64,000 nt of DNA. Source: Camelus ferus. Lineage: Eukaryota. The notes below the pieces were generated by a model that was not told the origin of the DNA, ran no database searches, and was given only the letters and a program-made list of their open reading frames with translations. Below, piece by piece: positions 35,059 to 48,690 of this stretch (the stretch's first letter is position 1; the number at the start of each line of letters is the position of its first letter). The stretch is from positions 46,254,001 through 46,318,000 of the forward strand of contig NC_045696.1 of NCBI RefSeq assembly GCF_009834535.1, read 5' to 3'. A program made the translations under genes and the position numbers.

Positions 35059-38000
35059 GATGGTTTGTATAGATAGTTGTAAAACTGAACTAATGTGCTC
35101 AGATACACCCTTCCCAGGTAAGCCTCCAGTCTAGGCCTGTAAACCGACCATGATACCTGGCCCTGTGAGTGACCTGCACAGACACTGACCACAATGGAAG
35201 GAGTTTTGATAACAAATCTCCAGCAGACAAACTAGTTAAATAGCAATTGACAATATATTTGTCATCCTTCTCAGAGTATTTGCATTTTAATAGGATACTT
35301 AGTCATTCAATATTCATGGATCCATTTACCCAGGAGGGTTTACTGAACACACACTATGTCAGGCATTGCTGTGGGTTGGCCAAGGAACTATTTTAGGACA
35401 CAGAAGCAGCTTTCCCTGAATGCTACAAATCACACCCAGGAGATCTCCACCTGCTCATTCAATGAGCTCAGAGAACTTACTGGATATCCTACCCAGGGAA
35501 TGCAACAACACACTTATCTTCTGTTGAAGAAGAACATGATCTATCTGGAAAAGATATTCTGTGTGAGCACAGTTTGGAGAGATATAAACAAAGAATGAAG
35601 AGGAGGAAAAGTCAGCAGTCATATAACCACTTAAATGTGTCAGGCTAATCAATGCTGGAGAATCTCACAACACATTCTCTCCCAGCTTTGCTCTTAGTGC
35701 TCTGGCCTCTTGTTCTCTACCTTCTTTACATGCCCGTCTTCCTCCGTCCATTCTGCAAGTGTTTATGTTTGTCACCATTTTGTCCTAGGCTCTCTTCTCT
35801 TCTCGTTCTCCATGTTCTCCCTGGATTTTTGCCTCAGGTTCCATTGGTCTCAATTACCATGCAATATATGCTGATGTCTCCCCAATCTTTAACTCTAAAC
35901 CAGAACTTCCTCCTAAACCACACGCCATTAAATTCAACAGCTTACTAGATAGCTCCCCTTGGATACTCCACAAATATCTCAAATTAAACATCAAACCCCA
36001 AACAATTGCTTTCACTACCAAGTCTTCTCTTCTGTCACTATTCACCATGTTGCTTAAGTGAGAAACCTCAGTGTAATGAGCTCAATAATGTTTAGCATTA
36101 CACTTCCTTTATTTGTCCTAAATTTAGTTCTTTCAATCTTAAAGGGTAACTCTCTATGATTTTGTATTTTTTAATTTTAATTTACCCTTTCATTGATCCA
36201 TCATTTCTCCATTAGGACAACAATCTTATTTTCCAAAGCCCACCTCCATTTTCTTTGGAAGGCTTTAATAAGCATCTTGGTCTTCAACTTTTCTGTAAAA
36301 GACTAACATCGTCCTAAAATTTCTACAATGGAGTCTGGTTACTTAAGTTATGTCATATCAATATGATGTATTAAAAATCATGTTCTAGATGAATATTTAA
36401 TAATGAAGAAAGGTTTGGATTTAATATTATAAAAGCAGGTTTTAAAACCACACAGAGCATAATTTTTGCTCCCCCAGAAAAGTATGACCACAATAGTCAT
36501 GTAAATACTACAGACTGAACATTTACCTTTACTCCTTCTTGAAACTACACTGAAATGACAATTCCATGAAGGAAATAAGATAATAAGAGAGTCAGAACTA
36601 GGGAATAAGTGCAAAGGCCCAGAGTTGGGAAAGGGCTTTTTGTTTTTGAGAAATAAAAAGTAGGGGAAGCCTCTGATGGATTTTAAGTTGGGGAGTGATA
36701 TGATCTGATTTATGTTTTTATCTCTTGCTGTGGCAAGGAAATCTGCTGGAGTATAGCTAGAATGGCAACGGGTGAATGATAAGGAAGTCATTTATGTTGT
36801 CCAAGATGATGCAGTTTGCACTAGGGGATGACTATTGAGATGGATAAATTTGTGATATATTTTGAAGGTATATTTTGATGATATATTAAAATACTTGATG
36901 CTGTTTACATTATTTTGGTACTATGTCCTGTTTGGTCACTAGGCCTTGGATTTGGATGTTGAAGTATAAAAATCAAACAGGTCTTTAGTTTATGCCATGT
37001 GGTGAAAGCTGTACCATTTACTGGGATGATATTTGTATATTCAGGATACCTATTATGATTAAGCATAAAAGAGGTGCCTCTTGGTGGGGACAAAGAAGTA
37101 TTTAAAAATTACATCACTCACTCTTATGTTATGTATAGATTAAAAATTACCTGTGAAAAATCTCCGAGAAGAGTTATTCCAAAGCAAAGTCTTAGTTATG
37201 TAAATAACTAAGTATCTAGGTTTTAAAAGGAGGTTGAATAATGTATGTTAAAAAGTGTTTTAACACAACTGCATCATTACCTCACAAAGATAATTTGTCC
37301 TTGGAAGGTGATGGATCATTTTGCAAAAGGAACCCAGGCCTTCTGCAGCAAAGGGCCCAAATAACTGACCTCTTTTCCTTGAGACTCAAAGTTAAATACA
37401 CTTGGAAGTGTGGATAGGATGGTCCTGCCCAAGGCTTAGGAAGTAGAACTGATAAGGATGCCCCTGAAGTAACCTTGAGGCAAGCTAAAGTCTAGGGTGG
37501 CATCTCAGTCTACACTTGTGAAGTGGTCTCTATGGTGCGTGACTAAGGCTACCCATGATGACACAGTGACACATAGAAGGTTTTATTTCCATGAACAGTG
37601 GCAGAATATCTGAGTACATACTAAGAGAGCTATAAGTTGAAAGCCCAAGTTCAGAGGACCATCATGAGGCTGGCAGGAATCCAGACCACCAAGGGCATCA
37701 CACAGAGTAAAAAGGTATCTGGTGGACTTTGGCCCAGACTTCACGGAGATAGTAGGCACCAGCCAGTGTCCATCAGTCATTCCACATCTCTTTATGCCCA
37801 GCCCTGGGAGCAGGAATGGTCCTGTCCTGCAAACTATCTTCTGCATTCAATAACTTTACCCCTGGATTCCTTGGGAAATTGACCAGAAGAAAGGAGAGGG
37901 AAGCTACCCAAGTAGGTGGAGAAGGTTTCAAAAGGGTTAGATTCACTCTCAATGACAATAGGCTGTCTAGACAAACTAATGTCAGACTGGTTCCAAACCT

Positions 38001-40024
38001 ACATAGACCATAGACCAGCCTCTTTTCACTTGGGAACATGCATCTCTGAACCAGCATTTCTAGAAGAATCATTGAGAATCTTTATAATATCAGTGTTCAT
38101 TGTTCACCAAATAGAGGTATTTGGTTTCTAGGATCTTAGTTGTATCTTAGTGACAAGCTTTTAATTCACTTTAAAAATGTTAATAACCATTTATATTATT
38201 AGCAAAATCGGTTCCTTAAAAGTTTCCAAATGTCTAATCTTTTTCATAAGAAAAATAGGTCTTTTTTCCAGGAGAGAGGGAAAAATTTACTTTGCCATAA
38301 TACATGGCATGAGTCATGAAAAGGGCTTGAATAATTTGTAGACACACTGCTATTGAGTCATCAAGAATGATACAAGACCACTTGAATACTGATGAAGTTA
38401 AACTCTTTACAGTCTGCAAGAAATAAAAATACTATTACTTTTTTTATTCCACAAAGCTCAATTTCAGTTTTACCCTAGAAGATACACTGGAGTAGACAGC
38501 AACCTTTCTCATTCATAGATGAGGCAGTGTGTTCCCTAAGAAGCCAAGCAAGCTCTTCAACAAGAATCAAAGGTATAACATGGAGTTTAATACAAGTGTT
38601 ACTTTTCCTTGCCCAATAGATTCCTTTCCTTTACAACAATAGGCAAAATAATGTATTACAAAGCACACTGGCCCATTTGTGACTAAAATACTCAAGAATC
38701 GTGTGTTTCTAAAGGCTTTAAGCAATGTGACTGACAAGGCTTGATGGGTACATTGGAATGCTGGTGATTTATTATATAATTTAAGTGCCCATCTGTGCAG
38801 CTGGGCAAAGACATAGCTGATGAAAATATCAGCTGTCCAGCTGTTTTCTCGGCTCAACAGAGGTCATGCAGATTGCTTCCCTGGCTGCCATCACCACTCC
38901 AAAAACCTCATCTCTGTCAGCAGGACTCTTCATTTCCATACTCTCCTGGAAAAGCAAGGGCAGCAACAGTGGTCTTTCATCCTAAAGAAGATCCCAGCTA
39001 TTTCCTAGGCTAGTTGCAACTTAATGAGCCTTGACATTGATTAAAGAAGTCATTCTCTCAAGCTTTGTGTCACTTTGCCTCACCTCCCAGCTAGCTAGCC
39101 TGGGACATGGAGGGGCTATGATCTGACCTAGTCTTCTCGGTTGAATTTCTGGCTTTTCACATTGGCCTTTCAATCCTTAAAAAAAAGAAATTAATTATGT
39201 AAAAACAGGCTATACAACATTACCTCCCACCTTTCAAGTGCTGCTTGGCTACTTTATCCATTCTCAATGGCTCTGAGATCACTGACAAGTTTGGTGACCA
39301 TAAGAAATGATGCAGCAAACTTAGAAATGGGCCCTAAGCACACTTACGATGTGTCCTGCTTTGTTTTAACATGATTTGCTTGAGCCATATGGGCTTCAGC
39401 AACTCTACTTACTATCTTTTCCACTGAGATTGTTACTCACTAAGTGACAGGGATTATGGTAGGTATGCAGAATATAGGTATGAACAAGAGAGACAGGTGA
39501 AGAAGGTGGTGAGTTGATGTTGACTGGTAAGCTGGACCAAAATAAAGGATCAAATCTATTTACCGTGTTATAGACCCAGTGGGTATTCAAACTTCTCACT
39601 ACATTTGTCTTTAAAAATGAGGAGCAAAGATCAGATAGGCATTGATTTCAAAGCCTTTGACACTTTTATATGCCTTTTAGAGCCTCAGGTAACAATTCTG
39701 ACCCAAGTGCAAAGACTACAACAGAACCCTTAAATCAGTAGTGTAGGGAAGGAAAGAGACAAGGGAGAGAGAGACTGAAAGCACTAATAGGCTTCTCAAT
39801 CTTGATCTTTGGCCACCCAATCCATCATCTCAGCTGACTGCCACAGGAGCTGGGCCAAGACCCAAGGCTAATTTCCCCCCTTGACTAGAGATTCAGGGGA
39901 GGCCAAGTAGGGAGTGGCTTGAAAATTTGCACAACCTTTAAAAAGCATTAAAAATATATGGGCCCTTTCAATATGAGAGACTTGGGAAAAGGCTGTGTTA
40001 TGCCACTCTAGTTTTGGGTTCTGG

Positions 40025-40360
40025 CCTTTTTTTTTTTTCATAGTAACAACAGATAACATGAGATCTATCTTCTTAACAAATTTGTTAAGTGTACAATAAA
40101 GTATTATCAACCATAATGACAATGTCGTACAGCAGCTCTCTAGAACTTATTCATCTTAAATGACTGAAACTCTATACCCACTGAACAGCAGCTCCATGCT
40201 TCTCCTTCCCCCCAGCCCCTGGCAGCCACCCTTCTACTCTCCTTTTCTATGAGTTTGACTATTTGAGATACCTCATGTAAGTGGAATCACAAAGTATCTG
40301 TCTTTCTCTAATTGGCTTATTTCATTTAGCATAACGTCTAGGTTCATCCATGTTGTCATA
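40025..40360 (-). mobile_element. L1MA-type 3' end
   Basis: Poly-T, GTACAGCAGCTCTCTAGAACTTATTCATC, GATACCTCATGTAAGTGGAATCAC, GGTTCATCCATGTTGTC. Confidence 0.85.
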
Positions 40361-41172
40361 CCCGGTAGGTAGATTCTGACTTTTTACCATAAAACTGTGA
40401 ATGCCTTGAGGACAGACTCTAAATGCTATGCATATTGTAAGCATATGCATAAAAGCACGTTCTCAATCATAAGACTTGTTAATGATAAAAGTTCTTCTAT
40501 GTAACTTATTCCAAATAAACATATACAACTGTGATGGGAGATTTTAGTAAAGTCAAACAACAAAAGACAGCTAGATTTTATTTGGAGCAATTTACTCTTA
40601 GTTTCTCTGAGCCTCTGTTAACTGTTCATTTGGGTAGGGGGATGATACCGTTTTAGGGGGTTCTCTCTAAATTTCCTCATTGCAATAATAATGAATAATA
40701 TTTCAATGATGATTCATAATTTGCAAAGAATTTTAACATTCAGAGATAAAGTGGAGATAAAGCAGCTAATATCCCCTTTCACAGATGATGAGACAAAGGC
40801 TCCAAAAAGTAGTTTACCCAAGGTCACCCTAAAAATCCTAGCCTCTTTCAACTATGTTTTAAACTCTTTTATATTATTTAATTTTAACTTCAGGTGTGTC
40901 TATTGCTTGAAAAGTAAACTCTTATGTAGGCAGTTATGAGTCAAAACTTTATAAGTTATATCATTAAAGTTAAATTTAAGTTCTTAATTAGTTTGTTTTC
41001 TTACCTACAGAGTCTTACACATACAATTATCATTCAACACAAAATTATTAGCATGATTATAAAACACAGATGTATCTCCAACTAGGTATCTCTTTGCTTG
41101 CTTTTCTTCAGTCTGCTAAAATTTACATACAGTCCTGACATATAATGCATGCCAATAATATAGCAAGATAGC

Positions 41173-41543
41173 TGTTGTGGGCTGAATTATGTCCCACCAA
41201 ATTTCGTATGTTGAAGTCCTAACTCCCTAGTACCTTGGAATGTGACTATTTGGAGATGGGGTTTTAAAAGAAGTAATTAAGTTAAAATAAAGATCATTAG
41301 AGTGAGTCCTAATCCAATATGACCAGTGACTTTGTAAGAAGAGGAATTTTGGACACTAACACCTTCAGAAGGAACAGACAGAAGACAGTCATCTACTAGC
41401 TGAAGAGAGAGGCCTCCGAAGAAAGTAAACCTGAGGACACCTTGATCTCAGACTTCTGGCCTCCAGAATTATGAGAAAATAAATTCCTGTTGTTCAGCCA
41501 TCCAGTCTATGGTATTTTGTTATGGTTCTAGCAAACTAATACA
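41173..41543 (+). mobile_element. MaLR solo LTR (MLT1B-like)
   Basis: TG...CA termini with perfect 5-bp TSD ATAGC (41168-41172, 41544-41548); AATAAA signal. Confidence 0.9.
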
Positions 41544-42197
41544 ATAGCTAAGACTCAGTTGCTTGCACAGGTTAATAGCATAACTGACTTACATAATATA
41601 TTAGTATTAAAATACCATTGCCCTCACTTTTTCAAAAATACAAGTACATATATTAATCATGTGTACACATTTACTATGTTTTGAATAGAGGCATTATTCA
41701 TCAGGCAATCATAATCACATGCAAGTTAAAATGACACCAGAGTGATAGTGTTACAGACTGGATGGGCATTCAGATTTTCACAAGATCAATTCTAGATTAG
41801 ACAGAAGAGGAGTTTTCACTAAAGTGATGTGATTTATGCTGAGTATTAAGAATGGATAAGGTTTTGATGTGAGTAGCTAAGGAACAGGATAAGGAAGAGA
41901 CTATGCAAGTGAAAAATCATAAAGAACACCAAACAGGACAGTTTGGCTAGAGCAGAAGAAGTGAGGAAACTAAGTCATTTTGGTTTCTGGGAAGAGAGAA
42001 CTGGAAAAGAATGAGGGATAATCTCATGGTGAGGGGAGGGTGGGAGGACGAGCTCAGCATATCCACTGGCCTCATCTCAAAAGCCAGTCTATTACCATGT
42101 CTACAAGAGCACCTGCTGGTGACCTGACACCATCCTGTGGCTGTCTTACGCATTTTGAATCCTTTTCCAGAAATACCCAGGGAAGCAGATGCTTCTA

Positions 42198-42623
42198 CAA
42201 CATGGATGGACCTAGAGATTATCAAATTAAGCAGAGTAAGTCAGACAAAGACAAATATCATTTGGTATCTCTTATCATGTGGAATCTAAAAAAAAAGAGA
42301 CACAAATAAACTTACTTGCAAACCAGAAATAGACCCACAGACATAGAAAATAAACTGGTTACCAAAGAGGAAAGGGGTGGGGAGGGGAGGGATAAATTAG
42401 GTGTTTGGGATTAACATATATACACTACTATATAAAAAATAGATAAACAACAAGGACCTACTGTATAGCACATGGAACTTTATTAAATATCTTGTAATAA
42501 CCTATAATGGAAAAAAATCTGAAAAAAAATATATATGTATGTGTTTAACTGAATCATTTTGCTGTATACCCAAAACTAACACAACATTGTAAATCAACTA
42601 TACATCAATAAAAAAAAAAAAAT
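42198..42623 (+). mobile_element. 5'-truncated cetartiodactyl-type L1 3' end
   Basis: CAACATGGATGGACCTAGAGATTATC...CTACTGTATAGCAC...polyA; TSD AGATG(C/T)TTCTA at 42187-42197 and 42624-42634. Confidence 0.9.
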
Positions 42624-42639
42624 AGATGTTTCTATCAAT

Positions 42640-42960
42640 GGCAATGACTCCTAAAATCACATGGGAGGCTTTACTCATTGTCCCCATCCCAGATGTAGTC
42701 AAACAGAATCTCTAGGGCAGAACCTCAAACTAGGCTGCCTTATAATCACCCAGAAAGCTTTAAAAAATTCCGATGCCAAAGCTATAGTTCAGACCAATTA
42801 AATCCAACTTAACTGGTGGTAGGAGATAGGTACCAGTATTTTTTAAGCTCCCCAGGTGATTCCAATGTGTACTCAAGTTGGAGAGCCACTGTTGAAAGCA
42901 GTAGGGCCTGAATATCTGTGCTTTCAGTAGGCTTCCCAAGTAATTCTCCCTAGCCAACCC
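42640..42960. mobile_element. Nested MER5-like hAT MITEs
   Basis: CAGAATCTCTAGGG, AGCTCCCCAGGTGATTCCAATGTG, TTGGAGAGCCACTG. Confidence 0.65.
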
Positions 42961-44259
42961 ATGAAAAGCATTTGATCCTCAGCACTGAGACATCTATCTT
43001 CTATTCCTCAGTCAGCTTTCTCTACTCCCCTAAGAAAAAACAAATATGGCACTTCTTTTCTCTCTTTCTTACCTCTTGCTCTCTTTCTCATCCTCATTTA
43101 GTTAAACTTACTTCCCAATTTGCAAGATAAAAAGGGGATGTTACAAATGGAACATACAATGTAGGGATGGGGTTTCACATTTGACTTGACATTAAGACCT
43201 TTTCATAGCTACATTATGAAGCAGTGAGTTTAGGAAATAGAGTATTGAAAAATAAGACAGATATGGACCAGAGTGAAGAGGGACCATTTTTTCAGCTATA
43301 AAGCCAATGGCCTTGAAAAATATAATTCAGCAGGAGATTGACAAGATCAATATCAGATTTTAAGGAAATTATAAAGAAGAAAGCAGTGAAAATGAAAAAT
43401 ACGAAAGATGTTATAAAGGAGGAAAAATTGAACTTGACTGATAGATTATCTATGTGAGAAAGTTGGGAACTGATGATATAATTCTGAAGTTGTCAGCCTA
43501 GGTAATAGAAAGAAATTACAGAAATGGGAAAATGAAGACAAGAGGCTAAATTTTCTTGGGAGGAAAGTGGAGAAGGAAAGAGGGTTGATTTGGGTTTTAG
43601 ACTTGTTTGAGATAATGTGATGTATAGAAAGTAAGGCCAGTCTAGAGACAGATCTGGAATATTCTGTCAGGAAATCTCACTGGCAGCCAAAAGAGAATAT
43701 TGAGAAAGATGAGATGAGAACCAAAGACAGAAACTTGGAAAATACCATTGTGGAGATAACAGAGCCGAAACGGAAGCATCTGTTAGACAGGCAGGAGGAG
43801 ACCCTGAATAGGGCCAGAAAAGAAGCAAAAGGGGAAAAAAGTGATCACTGGGGTTAAACAGCCAAAGAGGAGGCTTGAGATAACAGATATGATATCTACT
43901 CATTTCATGGTAGTGCCTAAGAGCCATCCTTGGCTTTCCACAGCCTACAGAATAGTATTAGCCCAAAAAGAAAAGGCCTTTGTAAGTGGGCTCTAATAGA
44001 TAACTCAACCCAAACTGAACTGCATACTATTCACCATGAAAATATGCTCTTTTAAGATTCTTTATGTTTATACATGCTACTTTCTTTGCCTGACAAAATT
44101 CTACTCACTCAAGACCAGCTCATAGCATCAGTTCTTCTGTGAACCCTTGTATACCCCAAGTTCATAGGCAAATACTGCAGTCAATGCTTCCTCAGTGCTA
44201 CCACTTCAGTTTCTACATACTTCAATGGCCGCACCACATGCATAATTTTTCTTTTCACC

Positions 44260-44770
44260 TGTTTCAGTTATCTACTACTATGCAATCGTCTGCTCCAAAA
44301 CATACAGGTTTAAATAACAACTAGTTTATTATCTCTATAAACTCTATGGGAGCTGTGTGGTTCTTCCACTCCATGTGATAATCAGCCGGGGCTACAGTCA
44401 ACTGCAGGGCTCAACTAAGCTGAACTTCCAAGATGGCTCACTCATCATATCTCTGGTGCCTTGGATGAGATAGCTGGAAGACTGGGCTCAAGCTGGGATG
44501 CTGGGAAAACTGGCCTTCTTTCTCTCCATGATTTCTCTCTACATGGTCTTTCTACCAAGGTAGCCCAACTTCTTACACAGCAGTTCAGGGCTCTCAAAAA
44601 GAACATTCCAAAAGAAAGGGATCAAAAGCCGCAGGTCCTCTTAAATGCAGCTCCCACACTGTGTCACTTCCCCTGCTATTAACACAAGTCACAAGGCCAG
44701 AGACTACTCAAAGGCATGAGTACCAGAAGGCATGGTTACGTGGGAACTATCTTTGGGGCTATCTTCCTCA
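44260..44770 (-). mobile_element. Old MaLR LTR (MLT1H-J-like)
   Basis: TTCCAAGATGGCTCACTCA...AGCTGGAAGACTGGGCTCAAGCTGGG...AAGTCACAAGGCCAG. Confidence 0.7.
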
Positions 44771-45972
44771 GTAGTCTGCTATTTGCCTGAGGGGCAAAGA
44801 TTACATCCTTTTCATCTTTGTGACCCCAGTACCTAGCATGGAACTTAACTCTTAGTGGACATTCATTAAATGACGGTTGAGTGAGAGAGCAGAAACAGAA
44901 CTGGAGGGATGAGGAACATGCCAGGTTAATAAAAGTCAGAGCCAGTGGAAAGTTGGGGATGGGAGTGAAGTGCCTCAGAATTAACCACTGATGTGATGTC
45001 AAGATAACGCCACACAGGTGTCATCAATTTTGTATCTGAGTTGAAAGTGTTAACCTGTTAAGTGGAAACCTTTAAAACAGATCACAAGTTGTGCGATCCT
45101 GTTTAGCATTCCAGTATGTTTCACATGGACATGGCCTGAGCCTCTCTTGACACTTAAAGAGTCCCCAGGAACAACTACTGTTAAGTGTAGGTGTTAGGTA
45201 GGAGCTTTTAAAAATTGTTTTGCTAAGAGATGCCCTAAGAATTCAGTGGAACTCCCTCAGGGACCACTTTAGAAAGGACGAGAGAGAAGGGCTGAGCTGA
45301 GTCTATGGGCCTGTGGTCCCGTAATTCTATTGCTACTCCAACCAGGAAGCTTTGATTGGTTTCATTTATTGTCACAAGTAAGGCTTTATTTGGATAAAGG
45401 CAGAGGTTTTTGTTGTTTTTTTTTTTTTTTCCTCTAAATAAATTGTGAAACTCACCTACTAAGAAAAAGAGAGAAAATGAGTAACAAGATTAAACATGAA
45501 GACTTGGCTAAAGCCAGACAGCACAGACTGGTAGCAGGCCACATGAGCACAGTCCTATTGGCAGGGCAAGTACAAGAGGAGATTAAGGGGACCAGGGAGT
45601 CTGGAGAGACCGTGTAGAGGAGGCAGAGTGACATACTTTGAGTGTGGAGTCCAGATTCTTCTATCTTTGTCACTACCTGGCCCTATAGCTTGGGTAGGAC
45701 ACTTAACCTCTTTGGGACTCAGTGCCCTTATTTGCAAAGTAAGGCTGCTGGTCTAAATGACTTTGGAAGTCTGGGGTTCCTACTCTAAGACTCTGTGATT
45801 CCAGGAAGTTAATGAAGCACCGTGGGTGACTGACAATGATTTCCAGGCTACACATATTATTCATTATGACCAGAGAAAGCTCATTATTTGCAGGGTATGC
45901 AGACCAGAAGGGAGAGGAGAAAGGTTTAGGAGTTTGATTTTGGAGTATAGAGTACTTAGCTCGAATAATATC

Positions 45973-46294
45973 TGTTAAATTAAACAAGGAAGCCATTGGA
46001 CTAAGGTGGCTGTAATGCAGGGATGCCCACATAAACAAACCAAACTCTAGGCCTGTAAATACCTCAGGGTTACGAAACTGAAACCTAAGGACAACCAATC
46101 ACAGCCAACTAGGCTTTAAACTGTAGCCAATTATTAATTTCCTTACTTTGCTGTGTCTTTTCTCCATAAAAGTCTCTCCCGGTGTTCTTGTTGGTGGAGG
46201 GCTCCTGAGCACTTCTGGTTCTGTGCTCTTGACTGGAATAAAATTTTGCTCTAATTCTTAAAATATTTAATATGCCTCAGTTTCTCCTTTAACA
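45973..46294 (+). mobile_element. ERV1-class solo LTR (MER34/MER39-like)
   Basis: TGTTAAA...TTTAACA inverted termini, two CCAAT boxes, TATA-like CATAAAA, AATAAA; TSD not recovered. Confidence 0.65.
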
Positions 46295-47380
46295 AAAGTT
46301 AAATTGTCTGTGCATTAAGTACGGATATTGTACTAAAGACTTCAGCCTTTAGTACATTAGACACCATTTCACTGTCACATCTCAGGTAGGTACAATTGTT
46401 ACACCATTTGAAAGGTAAGGAAACTGAAGTTTAAGAGATTGTCATTTGCTTAAAGTCACATAACTGATAAGGGATATAGCAGGGATTCAAGAGAAGGCAT
46501 TTAAGTGCATATCTTTATTTTTCCCTATTCATATAAAGTCTGTCTGTTACTACATTATAAAGCCCTAAAGAACTGGAGTTGTTACCAGCTTAGCTCACTT
46601 TGTATAACAATAGCACTTGCCTCCAGGCAGACAGGCACCTAGTGAGTGTCCTTTTATAATGATGATGCTAGTGAGACTGACAGTGTTAATGCTGTTTACA
46701 GAGAACTTACCTTTGAAATGCAAATTAACCAACAAAATCTAGTATTTCAATACTAGTTCTACCACACTGATCTCACATAATTCTACTGGAAGCTCTAGAG
46801 TTAAAAAAGAAACTATGAAAGAATGGAAGCGTTTTTAGAGAAACTCAAAAACTCTGAATTATGCTCTCTCAATTAAATAGATGTGTAGGTGGCAGAAATA
46901 CCCAAAATATTTCACATTTTCTCTTCTTGCTAGCAACCTGTATAATAGGTTAAGTATCAGAAGTACAATAATAACATCTTATATTTGTAAAACATTTAAC
47001 AGAATATAGAGTACCTTCTATCATAGATATTATTTCAGTTAATTCTCACCACTCCACGAACATTATTGCCCCATTTTAGAGATCTTAAAACTGAGGTTTA
47101 TAAAAGTTCATCTTGCTGCCCAGGGTGGTAGAACTAGCAAGTGGAACCAAAATTTAATCTTCAAACTTCAAGTCCAGTGCATCTCCCATTATACTACAAT
47201 CTACTTTATTAAAATACACATTTTATATCATTGTTAAGATATAGTGGGTATTGCCTGTTAGAGTAGATTCAACTAGTTTTGCCCCCTAGAGGAAGAAATT
47301 ATATCCTTTCCAAAGACTTGTTTGTTAGAGGCAACAATTTGCAATTACAGTATTACTATTGTGATAGATATTGTGCCTAA

Positions 47381-47414
47381 GTCTTTTTTAAAATTTTATT
47401 TTATTGAGTTATAG
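47381..47414 (-). mobile_element. Extremely truncated young L1 insertion (34 bp)
   Basis: T-rich tail plus TTATTGAGTTATAG, the reverse complement of the L1 end at ~656-670; perfect 11-bp TSD ATTGTGCCTAA at 47370-47380 and 47415-47425. Confidence 0.75.
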
Positions 47415-48258
47415 ATTGTGCCTAACACTTTAAAAGTGGCAAATACAAATAAATCCAACATATTTTTTTAAAATTAGTACTGTGAGTACAGTTAGATGCA
47501 TTTCTTAATGTATATAAGATTGGGTCACCTATCGAAAATTTAATGTTTTGGGGATCGTAAACTTACTCGCTATAAATCAGCCCAAGAGTATCAATTGTTA
47601 TGGTTAAGCTGTTGATAGTTATGATATTTAAAGGGCTTAATTTTCTTGATCTCAGGGAGAAAGCCTACATACAGCATGTCCTTTGAACCCATACAAATCT
47701 GGGATTTCCTTTAGTGCCATTGCCAACTACCTATGCGACCTTGAGGAAATACATTAACATCTGATTCTAAATTTCTTCATTTGTAAATGGGGTAATCATT
47801 CCTTTATCACTGAATTGGCTTGAAAATTAAACATGAAAATGTAAACAAAACACATAACAAAGGATCTGGTACTCAAAAAATATTAGTTCTCTTCCTTGAG
47901 AGACTTGCAAGTGTTGGTGTATTGGGCTTCACATGTTAAAAAAATGAAAACCACTTTATCTCCACTTATATCTAACCTTAAAGAGAATGGTATTAACCAA
48001 TCTCTCCTATACTTTGTTTACAAGTCAGGAACTTGGTAGGAGCCTAATAAATACTAGGAGAATTAGACTGAAATCAAATTACCAGTCTTACTGGGTTTCA
48101 AGAGTTTAATTAGAAGTTCACCTCAGCCCAAGTCTCAACAGCCAGTGTCTGGCTAATATATAAAAGGACGTTGTCCTTACAGCACCCCTCCTCCATCTCC
48201 AGGCCCTGCTTCTTTGTCATGGTTCATTCCAGCTGAACTAAAATTTCCCCAAACATGA

Positions 48259-48483
48259 CTGGAGCGATGGGCCGAATCTAACAAGATTAAGTTTAATAGG
48301 GATAAATGTAAAGACTTATACTTCAGTCCAAAAAGAATCCTGTACAAGTACTAGATGGGGAATATGGGGATTAGCAGCAACATGTGTGAAAAAGACTTAG
48401 GGGTTTTACTTGATATTAAGCTCAATTAGTCAACAGTGTGCTTCTGCTAACAAGAAAGTCGACGTGAACTGAGCCTGCATTAA
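48259..48483 (+). mobile_element. CR1/L3 LINE reverse-transcriptase C-terminal fossil
   Basis: Translates LERWAESNKIKFNRDKCKDLYF...Y*MG...EKDLGVLLDIKLN*, matching the CR1 RT motifs W...N.MKFN..KC and EKDLGV. Confidence 0.85.
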
Positions 48484-48519
48484 CTCCTGCCCAAGCCTCG
48501 TGTGATTCCCCCACTGCTC

Positions 48520-48690
48520 TAGTTATTCAGCTTGGGCAGAATCACTGGGAAGTCTCGTTAAAACATCCCACCCTCAAAGTTTCTGATACAGTGGGTTGAG
48601 GGTGGGGCTTGAGAATCTGCATTTCTAACAAGTTCCCAGGTCGGTGTTAATGTGGCTCCCTCTGCATCATACTTGGGGAGCCACTGCCTT
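48520..48690. mobile_element. MER5A-like MITE
   Basis: GAGAATCTGCATTTCTAACAAGTTCCCAGGT...GAGCCACTG. Confidence 0.7.
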
